Position numbers and translations under genes: made by a program
Shown here: piece after piece, positions 48,293-56,939 of the stretch
Position numbering within the stretch: position 1 is the first letter of the stretch
How the letters are laid out: each line of letters begins with the position of its first letter
The notes under the pieces: generated by a model
Told to the model about the DNA's origin: nothing
The model's database searches: none
Seen by the model: only the letters and a program-made list of their open reading frames with translations
NCBI GenBank assembly: GCA_963764515.1
Contig: CAVXSS010000002.1
Coordinates: 1,313,044-1,377,043, forward strand
DNA: 64,000 nucleotides
Direction: 5' to 3'
From: an uncultured Chloroflexia bacterium
Lineage (GTDB): Bacteria > Chloroflexota > Limnocylindria > Limnocylindrales > CSP1-4

Positions 48293-48571
48293 TCAGGCGT
48301 CCAGGACGTCGGAGAGGAGCCGGCGCAGCTTGGAGAGGCTGGTCGCGAGCTCGAGTCGGCGGTCGCCGAGCTCGACGACCGGGATCGACGCGAAATACGC
48401 GCGCTCGAGCGTCGGATCGGCTTCGATGTCCCGCTCGACGATGGCCGGATGCGGAAGGTCGGCGGAAGCACGCTCGGCCAGGAGGGCGGTCAGCAGGGTT
48501 CGCGCCTCGTCGCAGAGGCCACAGCCGGGGCGTGAGTAGAGGATGAGGTCGGGGAGGGGAGTGACGGTCAT
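48293..48571 (-). CDS. glutaredoxin-like protein
   Basis: ILYSRPGCGLCDEAR CxxC motif in a thioredoxin-like 92-aa protein. Sits 4 nt upstream of ccdA. Confidence 0.6.
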   Translation of the reverse strand: MTVTPLPDLILYSRPGCGLCDEARTLLTALLAERASADLPHPAIVERDIEADPTLERAYFASIPVVELGDRRLELATSLSKLRRLLSDVLDA

Positions 48572-48709
48572 CTCGCACGGGATTGTAGCGAGGGACTCAT
48601 TCGAGCCCCTTGGACGTCACAGGCCGCCGCAGGGAGGTGCGGCGGCCATGGGCCCCGTGACGTTCGGCCGGTGGGTGATGTTCCCGGCTCGGGGTACGAT
48701 GGAGTCCGC

Positions 48710-48785
48710 GCCCCCGTAGCTCAGTGGACAGAGCGAGGCCGTCCTAAGGCCTGCGTCGGCGGTTCGAGTCCGTCCGGGGGCGCCA
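48710..48785 (+). tRNA. tRNA-Arg (anticodon CCU)
   Basis: Acceptor GCCCCCG/CGGGGGC, D-arm GCTC..GAGC, anticodon stem AGGCC/GGCCT with loop GTCCTAA, T-arm GGCGG-TTCGAGT-CCGTC, 3' GCCA. Putative -10 TACGAT upstream. Confidence 0.85.
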
Positions 48786-48841
48786 CACTAACGGCAGGAG
48801 CGGCCGCGGCACACGTCAGGTTGCCGGGTAAGGTTGCGCGC

Positions 48842-49519
48842 ATGAGCGACTCGATCCGCGTGATGGTCGAACGCGGCAAGAAGAAGCGCGTCGTGGCCTG
48901 TGCGTTCGACTGGCCTGGCTGGGACCGGAGCGCGAAGACCGAGGACGACGCGGTCCGGGTGCTGGACGCCTACCGACCGCGATACGCGACGGTGGCGGCG
49001 CTGGCCGGCCTCGCCGACGAGTTCGACGCGACCGGCGAGCTGGCCGTCGTCGAGCGGGTCGCGGGCAACGGCATGACCGACTACTACGGGGTCTCGGGCA
49101 GGGCGGCCCAGCCCGAACTGGAGCAGATGAGCGAGGCCGCGTGCGAGCGGAAGATCGCCCTGCTCCGAGCCTGCTGGACGACGTTCGACGACGTGGCCTC
49201 GCGGGTCTCAGCGGAACTCCGCAAGGGTCCGCGCGGTGGAGGACGCGATCGGGACGAGATCGTCCGCCACGCCAACGGCGCCGAGATCTACGAGCACGCG
49301 ACGAAGGTCGGGGTGCGCACGCCGCTCGAGGCCCGGCGGGACCCGGTCGCTCTCGGCGCCCACCGCGAGGCGTTCTGCGCGGCGATCCGCGAGTTCAACG
49401 CCCGCGGCCCGTCGGCCGGGAAGTGGTGGACCGTCCAGTTCCTGATCCGGCGCTGTGCCTGGCACATGCTCGACCACGCGTGGGAGATGGAAGACCGGGA
49501 CCTGTCCAGAGGCTCCTGA
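48842..49519 (+). CDS. hypothetical protein
   Basis: ATG at 48842 after the tRNA. 225 aa with ordinary composition. The table ORF 48671-49519 would include the tRNA and is rejected. Confidence 0.55.
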   Translation: MSDSIRVMVERGKKKRVVACAFDWPGWDRSAKTEDDAVRVLDAYRPRYATVAALAGLADEFDATGELAVVERVAGNGMTDYYGVSGRAAQPELEQMSEAACERKIALLRACWTTFDDVASRVSAELRKGPRGGGRDRDEIVRHANGAEIYEHATKVGVRTPLEARRDPVALGAHREAFCAAIREFNARGPSAGKWWTVQFLIRRCAWHMLDHAWEMEDRDLSRGS

Positions 49520-49561
49520 CGGGACCCGGCACCTCCCCTCCGACGCCCACAAGGGCCGAGC

Positions 49562-49983
49562 CTACGACCCGGAGCGTCGGCCCGCCCGAACCTCCTCGGA
49601 GTAGATCTGCACCGGGACCCGGCCGTCCTCCCCTGGGACGCCGATCAGCATGTCGCGGATGATCCGGCCATCGTCGAGGTTCGCGCTCGCAATGCCCTCG
49701 AGACAGGCGTGGAGCGCCCCCGGCGCGTTCTCGAGCCAGCACACGGTGAGCTCGGGATCGACGCCGTCCTCCAGGACCCTGTAGTGATACTCCGGCTCCG
49801 CGTCCAGGGCCGCCTTCGCACGCTCCTCGTGACCGTCGTCGACGGCGAACGCGAACTCGCCGCCGAACTCGACGTCGCTCCCTCCGACGCCGCGCAGGTT
49901 CACGTTCGCCTCCTTCAGACGGCGGAGCAGTCGCTCGACGTCCGGCGGTGACGTTGCCGGCTTGAGCCTGACCTGCAGGTGCA
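49562..49983 (-). CDS. hypothetical protein (140 aa)
   Basis: Start MHLQVRLKP preceded by a GGGAGG RBS. No family recognised. Confidence 0.45.
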
Positions 49984-50148
49984 TCGCCCATTCCTCCCAC
50001 AGTCCCGTGCGTCGCGCCGCGGGCCGCGGCGGGGCGGACACGACGATCGTACGCGCCCGCCAGTCGAAGATGTGCCTCGAACGTCAGCGTTCGCGGGCAT
50101 TGGTTCACGACGAATGAAACGGCCGCCACCCGATGGCGCCCACGACCG

Positions 50149-50602
50149 TCAGGCGTAGATCGCGTCGAGGGTGATCCGCCGGGCGTGGATCCGGCAGATG
50201 ACCCGCGTCTCGCGCGCCCGCCGCGCAACCGGGTAGACGTGACCGTAGTAGGTCGGATGTCGTGTGTACATCCGGGTGAGCGCGTCGAGGTGCTCGAGCG
50301 CGCCGTCGGTGACCAGCTAAGCATCGCCCCGGATCTGGATGAAACCGCCCGGTGTCGTCAGGATGGACCACGAGCAGGCTGACCTTTGGGTCGGCGAGCA
50401 GGTTTCGGCCCTTCTGTCGCTCGAGCGTGGTGTTGCCCCGGGCGCATTCGCCGTCGACATCGACCCAGACGGCGCTCGATTGCGGCTGACCGTCCCGCCC
50501 GATCGTCGTCAGCACGCCGCAGATCGGGCGCGTCAGCAAGGGTCGATGGTCACGATTTCGACGGGTCGGAAGGCTTTCCCGCGGGAGCCTGAGCCGGCCC
50601 AC
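50149..50602 (-). pseudogene. PPOX-class F420-dependent enzyme family (pyridoxamine 5'-phosphate oxidase fold), disrupted
   Basis: N-half LTRPICGVLTTIGRDGQPQSSAVWVDVDGE...RNLLADPKVSLLVVHPDDTGRF is typical of the family. The C-half continues only after a 1-nt frameshift in a TTT run (IQIRGDA*LVTDGALEHLDALTRMYTRHPTYYGHVYPV...) and contains an in-frame TAG where Glu is expected. Confidence 0.5.
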
Positions 50603-50666
50603 GCTCGCGGAATCGAAGGACCCGGCGCCGGTGCGCCGGGTCCTCCTCGTTGCGGGTCCGGGAGGC

Positions 50667-51467
50667 TCAGCCGGCGCGGACCTGCGTGGCGGTCAGGGTG
50701 AGCTTGCCCACCACGGAGTGGTAGTAGCGGCTCTTGCCGGACGGGTCCATCCAGACGGTGGCCCCGGGGGTCTTCCTCGATGAGAACTTGAAGTCACGGT
50801 TGCCCGTGAAGGACCGATCGTCCTGGAAGATCCGAGCGACGGCCTTGTCGCTCTTGAAGAGGTCGAAGAGGACCGACGTCAGGCTGCCGTTACCGGTCGC
50901 GAACACGGCCTTCGCGCCGGTGCGCAGGAACCCCGTGGCGTACCCGTCCGCGCGCTTCATCGCGGTGGCCTTGCTCGGGAGCGCCCGGCCCGGCTCGGAA
51001 TTGCCGGACGCGTAGCACAGATGATTGAGCAGGACGACCGAGTTCCGGGCGAGATCGAGACCGGTCCGCATCAGCGTCTGACCGTAGTACTTGACGTTCG
51101 AGTTGCCGTGGCGGTACGAGGAGTTGAGGCCCATGCCGTTGCGCCGACTGGCGGCGAACGGTCCATACGGGCTGGGATAGCCATTGCCGTGGCCGAGGTA
51201 GATCAAGATGTTCGCGCCCTTGGCGGCGGCCCTCACCTTGGCCCACGTGGCCCTGGGGCTGTAGACCTCGAGGACCTTGGCGCCGTAGGAGCGTGCCAGC
51301 TTGGCGTACTCCCTGGCGTGTCGGATGTACTTGGCCGTACTGCCCTCGACGGGCCCGACCACGATCACGACCTTGACCTGCGTCGCGGCTTCCGCCGGTG
51401 CCGGGTTGGCCGCGAAGCCGCCGAATCCGACGACCAGCGCGAGGATCGGGAGCGCCACCAGGCGCAT
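50667..51467 (-). CDS. secreted protein with caspase-like His/Cys dyad (clan CD peptidase-like)
   Basis: Signal peptide MRLVALPILALVVGFGGFAANPAPAEA. ILIYLGHGNG and VVLLNHLCYASG resemble the catalytic His-Gly and Cys motifs of clan CD (C11/C13/C25-like) peptidases. Assignment tentative. Confidence 0.5.
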   Translation of the reverse strand: MRLVALPILALVVGFGGFAANPAPAEAATQVKVVIVVGPVEGSTAKYIRHAREYAKLARSYGAKVLEVYSPRATWAKVRAAAKGANILIYLGHGNGYPSPYGPFAASRRNGMGLNSSYRHGNSNVKYYGQTLMRTGLDLARNSVVLLNHLCYASGNSEPGRALPSKATAMKRADGYATGFLRTGAKAVFATGNGSLTSVLFDLFKSDKAVARIFQDDRSFTGNRDFKFSSRKTPGATVWMDPSGKSRYYHSVVGKLTLTATQVRAG

Positions 51468-51956
51468 GGTTCGAGTGCTGGACGCCCGATGGGCGCCGTT
51501 CGTGGGGGACTGCAAACTGTTGCCTCCTGCCTGTCCGAACGCCGTGCGGAGGCGCGGCGAACGGTGGTCTGGCCGCCGGCGGCGAAGGGAAGATCGGGGG
51601 ATGAGGGCGGGCAGCGCCGACTCGAACCATGAACGGTGAGCCGGGGCCGGTGGACCGGGTGAGCCGATCCGAGAGCCGTCGAGTGTCGAGCACCCGACGC
51701 GATGACAGGTGTCCTGCCGTGGGGGCGGCGATTCTTCTGTTCAGCCTGTCTTGTGAGCGCTGTAGTCGAGCCCCAGCATGTCAGAGGAAGCCGTCCTTGC
51801 CGAGCCCGACCATCAGGTGGACCCTCGGCGGCGAATGGGTCAGGGCGCCGATGCACCACGGGTTCGGAGATGGGCGCGACGGGCCGCCGGAGGTCCCCAG
51901 GAAGGCAGCCGTATTGTCCATGGCGGTCCGCTGCCGTGGCGGGGAGACTGGGGCAG

Positions 51957-54287
51957 ATGGGTACCCATGGCCCGCGAGTCCTGGTCGGACCCCGGTTCAT
52001 CGCGTTGCGAACCGGGTTGGGGCGTCTGCGCTCACGAGCGTGGCTGGCGTTCCTCGTCGTCGGATTCGCCCTGAGCGCCGGCGCGGCGTTCGATGGAGAC
52101 CGACAGGCCGTGGCTCCGATCCTGACCGTCATGGGGTTGGCCGCCACGGCGGCGATCGTCATCGGGGTTCGGATGAACGGCCCCGCTCGGCGCCTTCCAT
52201 GGGGCCTGCTCGCTATGTGCATGCTGGTCACCACGATCGGTGCCACGTTCGACCACGCGGCCGAAGGGCTCGCCCTCCCGAGCCAGGTGCTCACCGGTAT
52301 CGGATCCCTGCTCGGTGTCCTCGGCCTCGCCATCCTGATCCGCGGTCGGATCCCCGGCGGCGATCGAGCGGCGATCCTCGATGCCGCGATCCTCGCAGCC
52401 GGAGCCGGCGCGCTCATCTGGGCGATCGGATTCGGCCCCTTCGTGGCCGCCGCCGGGCAGAGCTCGCTCGCCCTCACCGCCTTCTTCTACCCGGCCCTCA
52501 TCGCGCTGGCCGCGGTCACCCGGATGTGGGTCCTCCCCGGCGCGCACCGGCCGGCCACGCGCCTCATCGTCCTGTTCGTCCTCGCCTCCAATCTCGTCAT
52601 CATCGTCGACATGCTCAAGGGCCTGGTCGACGAGGGCGACTTCGCTGCGCCGTACCTGTTCGTCGCTTTCGCGGTGCTCACACTCGTCGGTGCGGCCGCG
52701 CTGCACCCCTCGATGGCGATCTCGCCCGAGCGCCAACGCGTTGACCTGCGCCCGGTCAGCCGCCGGCGGATCCTCGCGCTGACCATCGCGCTGCTCGTCA
52801 ACCCGGCGACCCTCGCGATCGAGGTCCTCGTCGGTCGCCAGATCGACCCGGCGCCGTACCTCATCGGTGGCGTCGTGGTCGGGCTCCTCGTCATCGGTCG
52901 TCTGGGTGACGCCCTGCGGCAGCTCGGCGAGAGCCTCCACGAGCGGGACTCGCTCATGGAGCTGCTCCGTCGCCAGGCGCTCTATGACACCCTGACCTCG
53001 CTGCCCAACCGGGGTCTCTTCGCGGAACGCCTTGCGGCGGACTTCGCGAACCGATCCGACGAGCACACCCTGGCGGTCCTGCTCGTCGACCTCGACGACT
53101 TCAAGGCGGTCAACGACAGCTTCGGACACGAGGCGGGCGACGCCCTCCTGATCGCCGTCGGCCAGCGGCTACGAACCGCGATCCGCGACGGCGACATCGC
53201 CGCCCGCCTGGGTGGCGACGAGTTCGTCATCGCCTTGCCGGCCTGCGCCGACAAGCACGTCCCGGCGCGCGTCGCGGATCGGATCCTGGCGTCGCTCAGT
53301 GAGCCGTTCGACGTTGGCGGTCATCGGCTGACCGCGCGGGCCAGCATCGGCGTGGCCGTGGCTACGGGCGAAGACCGGACCGCCGACGACCTCGTGCGAA
53401 ACGCCGACGTTGCGATGTACCTCGCCAAGAGCCGGGGCAAGGGCCGCATCGAGGTCTACGAGCCGTCGATGCAGGCGGCTGCGATGTCCCGGCTCCAGCT
53501 CCGGAGGGACCTCGAGGTCGGCATGGCCCGCGGCGACCTTCGGCTCCACTATCAGCCCATCGTCGACCTGCGAACCGGTCGGACCATCGGCTACGAGGCG
53601 CTCGTTCGATGGCTACACGATGGACGGCTCGTCCCGCCGGGCGAATTCATCCCGACGGCGGAATCGAGCGGCCTGATCGGCCCCCTGACGGACTGGGTCG
53701 TCGACGAAGCCTGTCGGACGACGGTGGAGTGGGGGACACCGGGCGCTCGCCCGTGGGTCAGCGTCAACCTGTCGTCGAGCCAGCTCGTCCGCCCGGACAT
53801 CGTCGCTCAATTCGGGAAGAGCCTCGCCGCGAGCGGTTTCGCGGCCGATCGCCTGGTGATCGAGATCACCGAGTCGGCACTCCTCGAGATCGAGGTCGCC
53901 AAGCCGGCCGTGGAACGGTTGAGCGAGCTCGGCGTGCGTGTGGCGATCGACGATTTCGGGATCGGCTACTCGACGCTGAGCTACCTCGCCAGGCTGCCGA
54001 TCGACATCGTCAAGATCGACCGATCCTTCGTGGTCGCGCTCCAGCACGCCGGTCCCGAGGAGGCGATCGCCTCGGCCATCATCGCGCTCGCCAAACGGCT
54101 TGATCTGGTCACGATCGGCGAGGGGATCGAGACGGCGGCGCAGCTCGATCAGCTGGCCGGGCTCGGATGCGATCTCGGCCAGGGATACTATCTCGGGCGG
54201 CCGGGTCCGGACGAGGACCGGCGCCATTCACCGCTGCCCCACGGCCATCGGCTGCGCCTGCCCAACCTCGCGAGCCTCGGCGCGTAG
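51957..54287 (+). CDS. membrane-anchored GGDEF/EAL domain protein (c-di-GMP turnover)
   Basis: ~330-aa polytopic N-terminal domain. GGDEF (RLGGDEFVIAL, with LLVDLDDFKAVND upstream). EAL (YEALVRW, EITES, DDFGIGYS, KIDRSFV). The table ORF from 51702 is longer; the ATG at 51957 was chosen. Confidence 0.85.
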   Translation: MGTHGPRVLVGPRFIALRTGLGRLRSRAWLAFLVVGFALSAGAAFDGDRQAVAPILTVMGLAATAAIVIGVRMNGPARRLPWGLLAMCMLVTTIGATFDHAAEGLALPSQVLTGIGSLLGVLGLAILIRGRIPGGDRAAILDAAILAAGAGALIWAIGFGPFVAAAGQSSLALTAFFYPALIALAAVTRMWVLPGAHRPATRLIVLFVLASNLVIIVDMLKGLVDEGDFAAPYLFVAFAVLTLVGAAALHPSMAISPERQRVDLRPVSRRRILALTIALLVNPATLAIEVLVGRQIDPAPYLIGGVVVGLLVIGRLGDALRQLGESLHERDSLMELLRRQALYDTLTSLPNRGLFAERLAADFANRSDEHTLAVLLVDLDDFKAVNDSFGHEAGDALLIAVGQRLRTAIRDGDIAARLGGDEFVIALPACADKHVPARVADRILASLSEPFDVGGHRLTARASIGVAVATGEDRTADDLVRNADVAMYLAKSRGKGRIEVYEPSMQAAAMSRLQLRRDLEVGMARGDLRLHYQPIVDLRTGRTIGYEALVRWLHDGRLVPPGEFIPTAESSGLIGPLTDWVVDEACRTTVEWGTPGARPWVSVNLSSSQLVRPDIVAQFGKSLAASGFAADRLVIEITESALLEIEVAKPAVERLSELGVRVAIDDFGIGYSTLSYLARLPIDIVKIDRSFVVALQHAGPEEAIASAIIALAKRLDLVTIGEGIETAAQLDQLAGLGCDLGQGYYLGRPGPDEDRRHSPLPHGHRLRLPNLASLGA

Positions 54288-54346
54288 GGGCCTTCTCGGC
54301 CGGTCAGTCTGGTCCCGATCATCGGTCGCCCGACTATCCTGCCCCG

Positions 54347-55327
54347 GTGACCAGAGCCTTCGTCCCCGACGAGATCCTCACCCTCGCCCACGAGCGAGCC
54401 AGGGCGCGCGCGGCGCGCGACTGGGCCGAGGCCGATCGCCTCCGAGCAGCGATCGAGGCTGCCGGCTGGAAGATCGCCGACAGGGGCACCGATTTCGCCC
54501 TGACGCCCGCCACGCCCCCGGACCTCGTCGAGGGGGAGCAGATCCGATACGGCGCCAGCCGGAACGTGCCGTCGCGGCTCGATGAGCCGCCGGCCGGTCT
54601 CGCGACGGTCATCCTGATCGCCACGGACTGGCCGGATGACCTGGCGCGGACCTTCGCCGGGCTGCGTGCGTGGGCGCCGGAGGGCACATCGGTCGTCATC
54701 GTCGCCGACGCCCCATCTAGCGAGCAGGCGACCGCCCTCCAAGCCCTCGAAGCCCACGTCGCCGATGACGCCGGATCCGGGCTGCCCGTCGAGATCGTCT
54801 GGACCAGCGAGCGCCTGGGTCAAGGCGCGGCGATCAATGCCGGGATCCGTCGGGCGAGCGGGCCGACGGTCGTCGTCATGGACACGAGCGTCGAGCCAGC
54901 GGGCGACTTCGTGACGCCGCTCGCCGACATGCTGCAGGACCCGACCGTCGGCGTGGCAGGTCCGTGGGGCATCGTCTCACGCGACCTGCGCAAGTTCGAG
55001 GACGCGCCGCCGGGCGACGTCGATGCCATCGGCGGCTACGCCCTGGCCTTCCGGCGCGCGGACTACACCGAGCGCGGGCCGCTCGACGAACGCTTCCGGT
55101 TCTATCGCAACCTCGATATCTGGTGGAGCCTCGTGCTCCGCGACGAGGGGGAGGGGAGCCCTCCGCGGCGGGCCGTCAGCGTGGACGGACTGCCCCTCGT
55201 ACGCCACGAGCACCGCGGTTGGACGAGCCTGCCCGACGACGAGCGCGACCGCCTCTCGAAGCGAAACTTCTACCGGATCATCGATCGGTTCGGGTCTCGC
55301 CGCGACCTGCTGATGCGGTCCGCCTGA
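54347..55327 (+). CDS. family 2 glycosyltransferase with N-terminal CysRS C-terminal-like helical segment
   Basis: N-terminal LAHERARARAARDWAEADRLRAAIEAAGWKIADRG parallels the C-terminus of the adjacent cysS (ARTVARAARDYARADALRAGIEAAGWTVTDG). It is followed by a GT-A fold (LATVILIATDWPDD...TVVVMDTSVEP). GTG start. The 3' end overlaps the convergent cysS by ~50 nt. Confidence 0.7.
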   Translation: MTRAFVPDEILTLAHERARARAARDWAEADRLRAAIEAAGWKIADRGTDFALTPATPPDLVEGEQIRYGASRNVPSRLDEPPAGLATVILIATDWPDDLARTFAGLRAWAPEGTSVVIVADAPSSEQATALQALEAHVADDAGSGLPVEIVWTSERLGQGAAINAGIRRASGPTVVVMDTSVEPAGDFVTPLADMLQDPTVGVAGPWGIVSRDLRKFEDAPPGDVDAIGGYALAFRRADYTERGPLDERFRFYRNLDIWWSLVLRDEGEGSPPRRAVSVDGLPLVRHEHRGWTSLPDDERDRLSKRNFYRIIDRFGSRRDLLMRSA

Positions 55328-56852
55328 CCGTCGAACCGTCGGGGCCGTCGGTCACCGTCCACCCGGCGGCCTCGATCCCGGCGCGGAGCGCGTCGGCCCG
55401 GGCATAGTCCCTGGCCGCTCGGGCGACCGTTCGAGCTTCGACGAGCGCGGCGACGTCGCCCGGGATCTCGTCGCCCTCGGGCGCGGACTCCCAGACCGCG
55501 TGTAGGCCCAGGCCGAGGACCGCGTCCGCGTCGAGCACCAGCCAGCGCCGCTCGTCGGCGGGCAGGTCCGCACGCAGGATCTCGCGGATGACCGCGAGCC
55601 CCGTCGAGAGGTCCAGGTCGTCATCGATCGCGTCGACGAACCGTTGGTGGAGCGCCAGCCCGGCCCCCGACAGCGGCGCGACGGGTGCGTGCGCGCGATC
55701 GATCAGGGTCCATGGTCCGCCATCGCCGTGACCGCCCACGCCATCGGCGATGCCCAGCGGCCGGTCGCCGGCAGCGCCGGCACGCAGCGGCGTCGGGGCA
55801 GCCCACGGACCGTCGAGGGGCGCGGGGCCAAGGCCCCGCAGCCTCGATCGAAGCGACGTCAGCGCGGAGGCTGCCGCGGCGATCGACGCGTCCGAGTACT
55901 CCAGCTTGTGGCTGTACCGCGAGGTCATCGCGAGGTACCGCAGCGCCAGCGGGTCGACGCCCCGGTCCGCGAGCTCGGTCACGCGCTGGAAGTTGCCCGC
56001 GGACTTGGCCATCTTCTTGCCGGACATGAGCAGGAACTCGCCGTGGACCCAGTGGTTGGCCGGCGGTCCGCCCACGAGCGGCGCCGACTGCGCGATCTCG
56101 TCCTCGTGATGGGGGAAGACGTTGTCGATGCCGCCCGTGTGGATGTCGAACCGGTCGCCGAGATAGCGCATGGCCATCGCCGAGCATTCCAGGTGCCAGC
56201 CGGGATAGCCATCGCCCCAACGCTCCGTCGGCCACTTCAGGATCCGTCCCTCGCCGGCCGCCTTCCAGAGCGCGAAATCCGCTGGGTCGCGCTTGTCCGG
56301 CTCGACCTCGCCGCGATGCCCCGCGCGCAGCTCATCGAGCGTGTTGCCCGACAACCGACCGTAGCCCTCGAACGCTCCGACGGCGTAGTACACGTTGCCC
56401 GCCGACGAGGCGTACGCATAGCCCGCATCCTGGAGGCGCTCGGCGAGGGCGACCATCTCGACGATGTGCTCGGTGGCCCGCGGAAAGACGTTGGCGGGCA
56501 GGATGTTGACGGCCGCCTCGTCCGCGTGGAACGCCGCCTCGTACGCGGCGGCGATCTCGGCCGGGGTCTTGTCCTCGAGGCCGGCCCCGATGAGCATCCG
56601 GTCCTCGCCTCGATCGAAGCGCTCGTCGCGCAGGTGGCCGACGTCGGTGATGTTCTTGACGTGGAAGACCGTCAGGCCGTGGTACAGCAGGACCCGGCGG
56701 ATGAGGTCCGCGAGCAGGTAGCTGCGCAGGTTGCCGACGTGCGCGTAGCGGTAGACCGTGGGGCCGCACGTGTACATCCGGACGCGACCGGGTTCGATCG
56801 GCTCGACCGGTCGCACCGAGCGGCTGAGGGTATCGCGCAGGTGGAGGGTCAC
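55278..56852 (-). CDS. cysS: cysteine--tRNA ligase (CysRS-type class I synthetase; possibly a paralog)
   Basis: YTCGPTVYRYAHVGN (HIGH variant HVGN), Zn ligands WHLECSAM and FPHHEDEIAQS, KMSKS variant KKMAKS. A ~60-aa Gly/Pro/Ala-rich insertion in the anticodon-binding region. 524 aa. Confidence 0.8.
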   Translation of the reverse strand: MTLHLRDTLSRSVRPVEPIEPGRVRMYTCGPTVYRYAHVGNLRSYLLADLIRRVLLYHGLTVFHVKNITDVGHLRDERFDRGEDRMLIGAGLEDKTPAEIAAAYEAAFHADEAAVNILPANVFPRATEHIVEMVALAERLQDAGYAYASSAGNVYYAVGAFEGYGRLSGNTLDELRAGHRGEVEPDKRDPADFALWKAAGEGRILKWPTERWGDGYPGWHLECSAMAMRYLGDRFDIHTGGIDNVFPHHEDEIAQSAPLVGGPPANHWVHGEFLLMSGKKMAKSAGNFQRVTELADRGVDPLALRYLAMTSRYSHKLEYSDASIAAAASALTSLRSRLRGLGPAPLDGPWAAPTPLRAGAAGDRPLGIADGVGGHGDGGPWTLIDRAHAPVAPLSGAGLALHQRFVDAIDDDLDLSTGLAVIREILRADLPADERRWLVLDADAVLGLGLHAVWESAPEGDEIPGDVAALVEARTVARAARDYARADALRAGIEAAGWTVTDGPDGSTVRRTASAGRGETRTDR

Positions 56853-56939
56853 GGGAAGGGCTCACGGGCGGGTGGGGTCCGGTCATCGTACCCGGGCCTT
56901 CGAAGGGCCATCCCGTCGGTCGCCCGTATACTCCCGCCG

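Noticed and set aside
47470-48471. 61-aa N-extension of ccdA
   Set aside because: The extension is Ser/Arg-rich and would overlap the glutaredoxin-like gene. MNGTDL at 48288 gives a canonical CcdA.
48671-49519. 282-aa ORF spanning tRNA-Arg
   Set aside because: The ORF would contain the tRNA gene. The CDS was trimmed to the ATG at 48842.
50300-50330. In-frame TAG as stop-codon readthrough or recoding in the F420-family gene
   Set aside because: A separate frameshift lies 30 nt upstream in the same gene, so decay is the simpler explanation.
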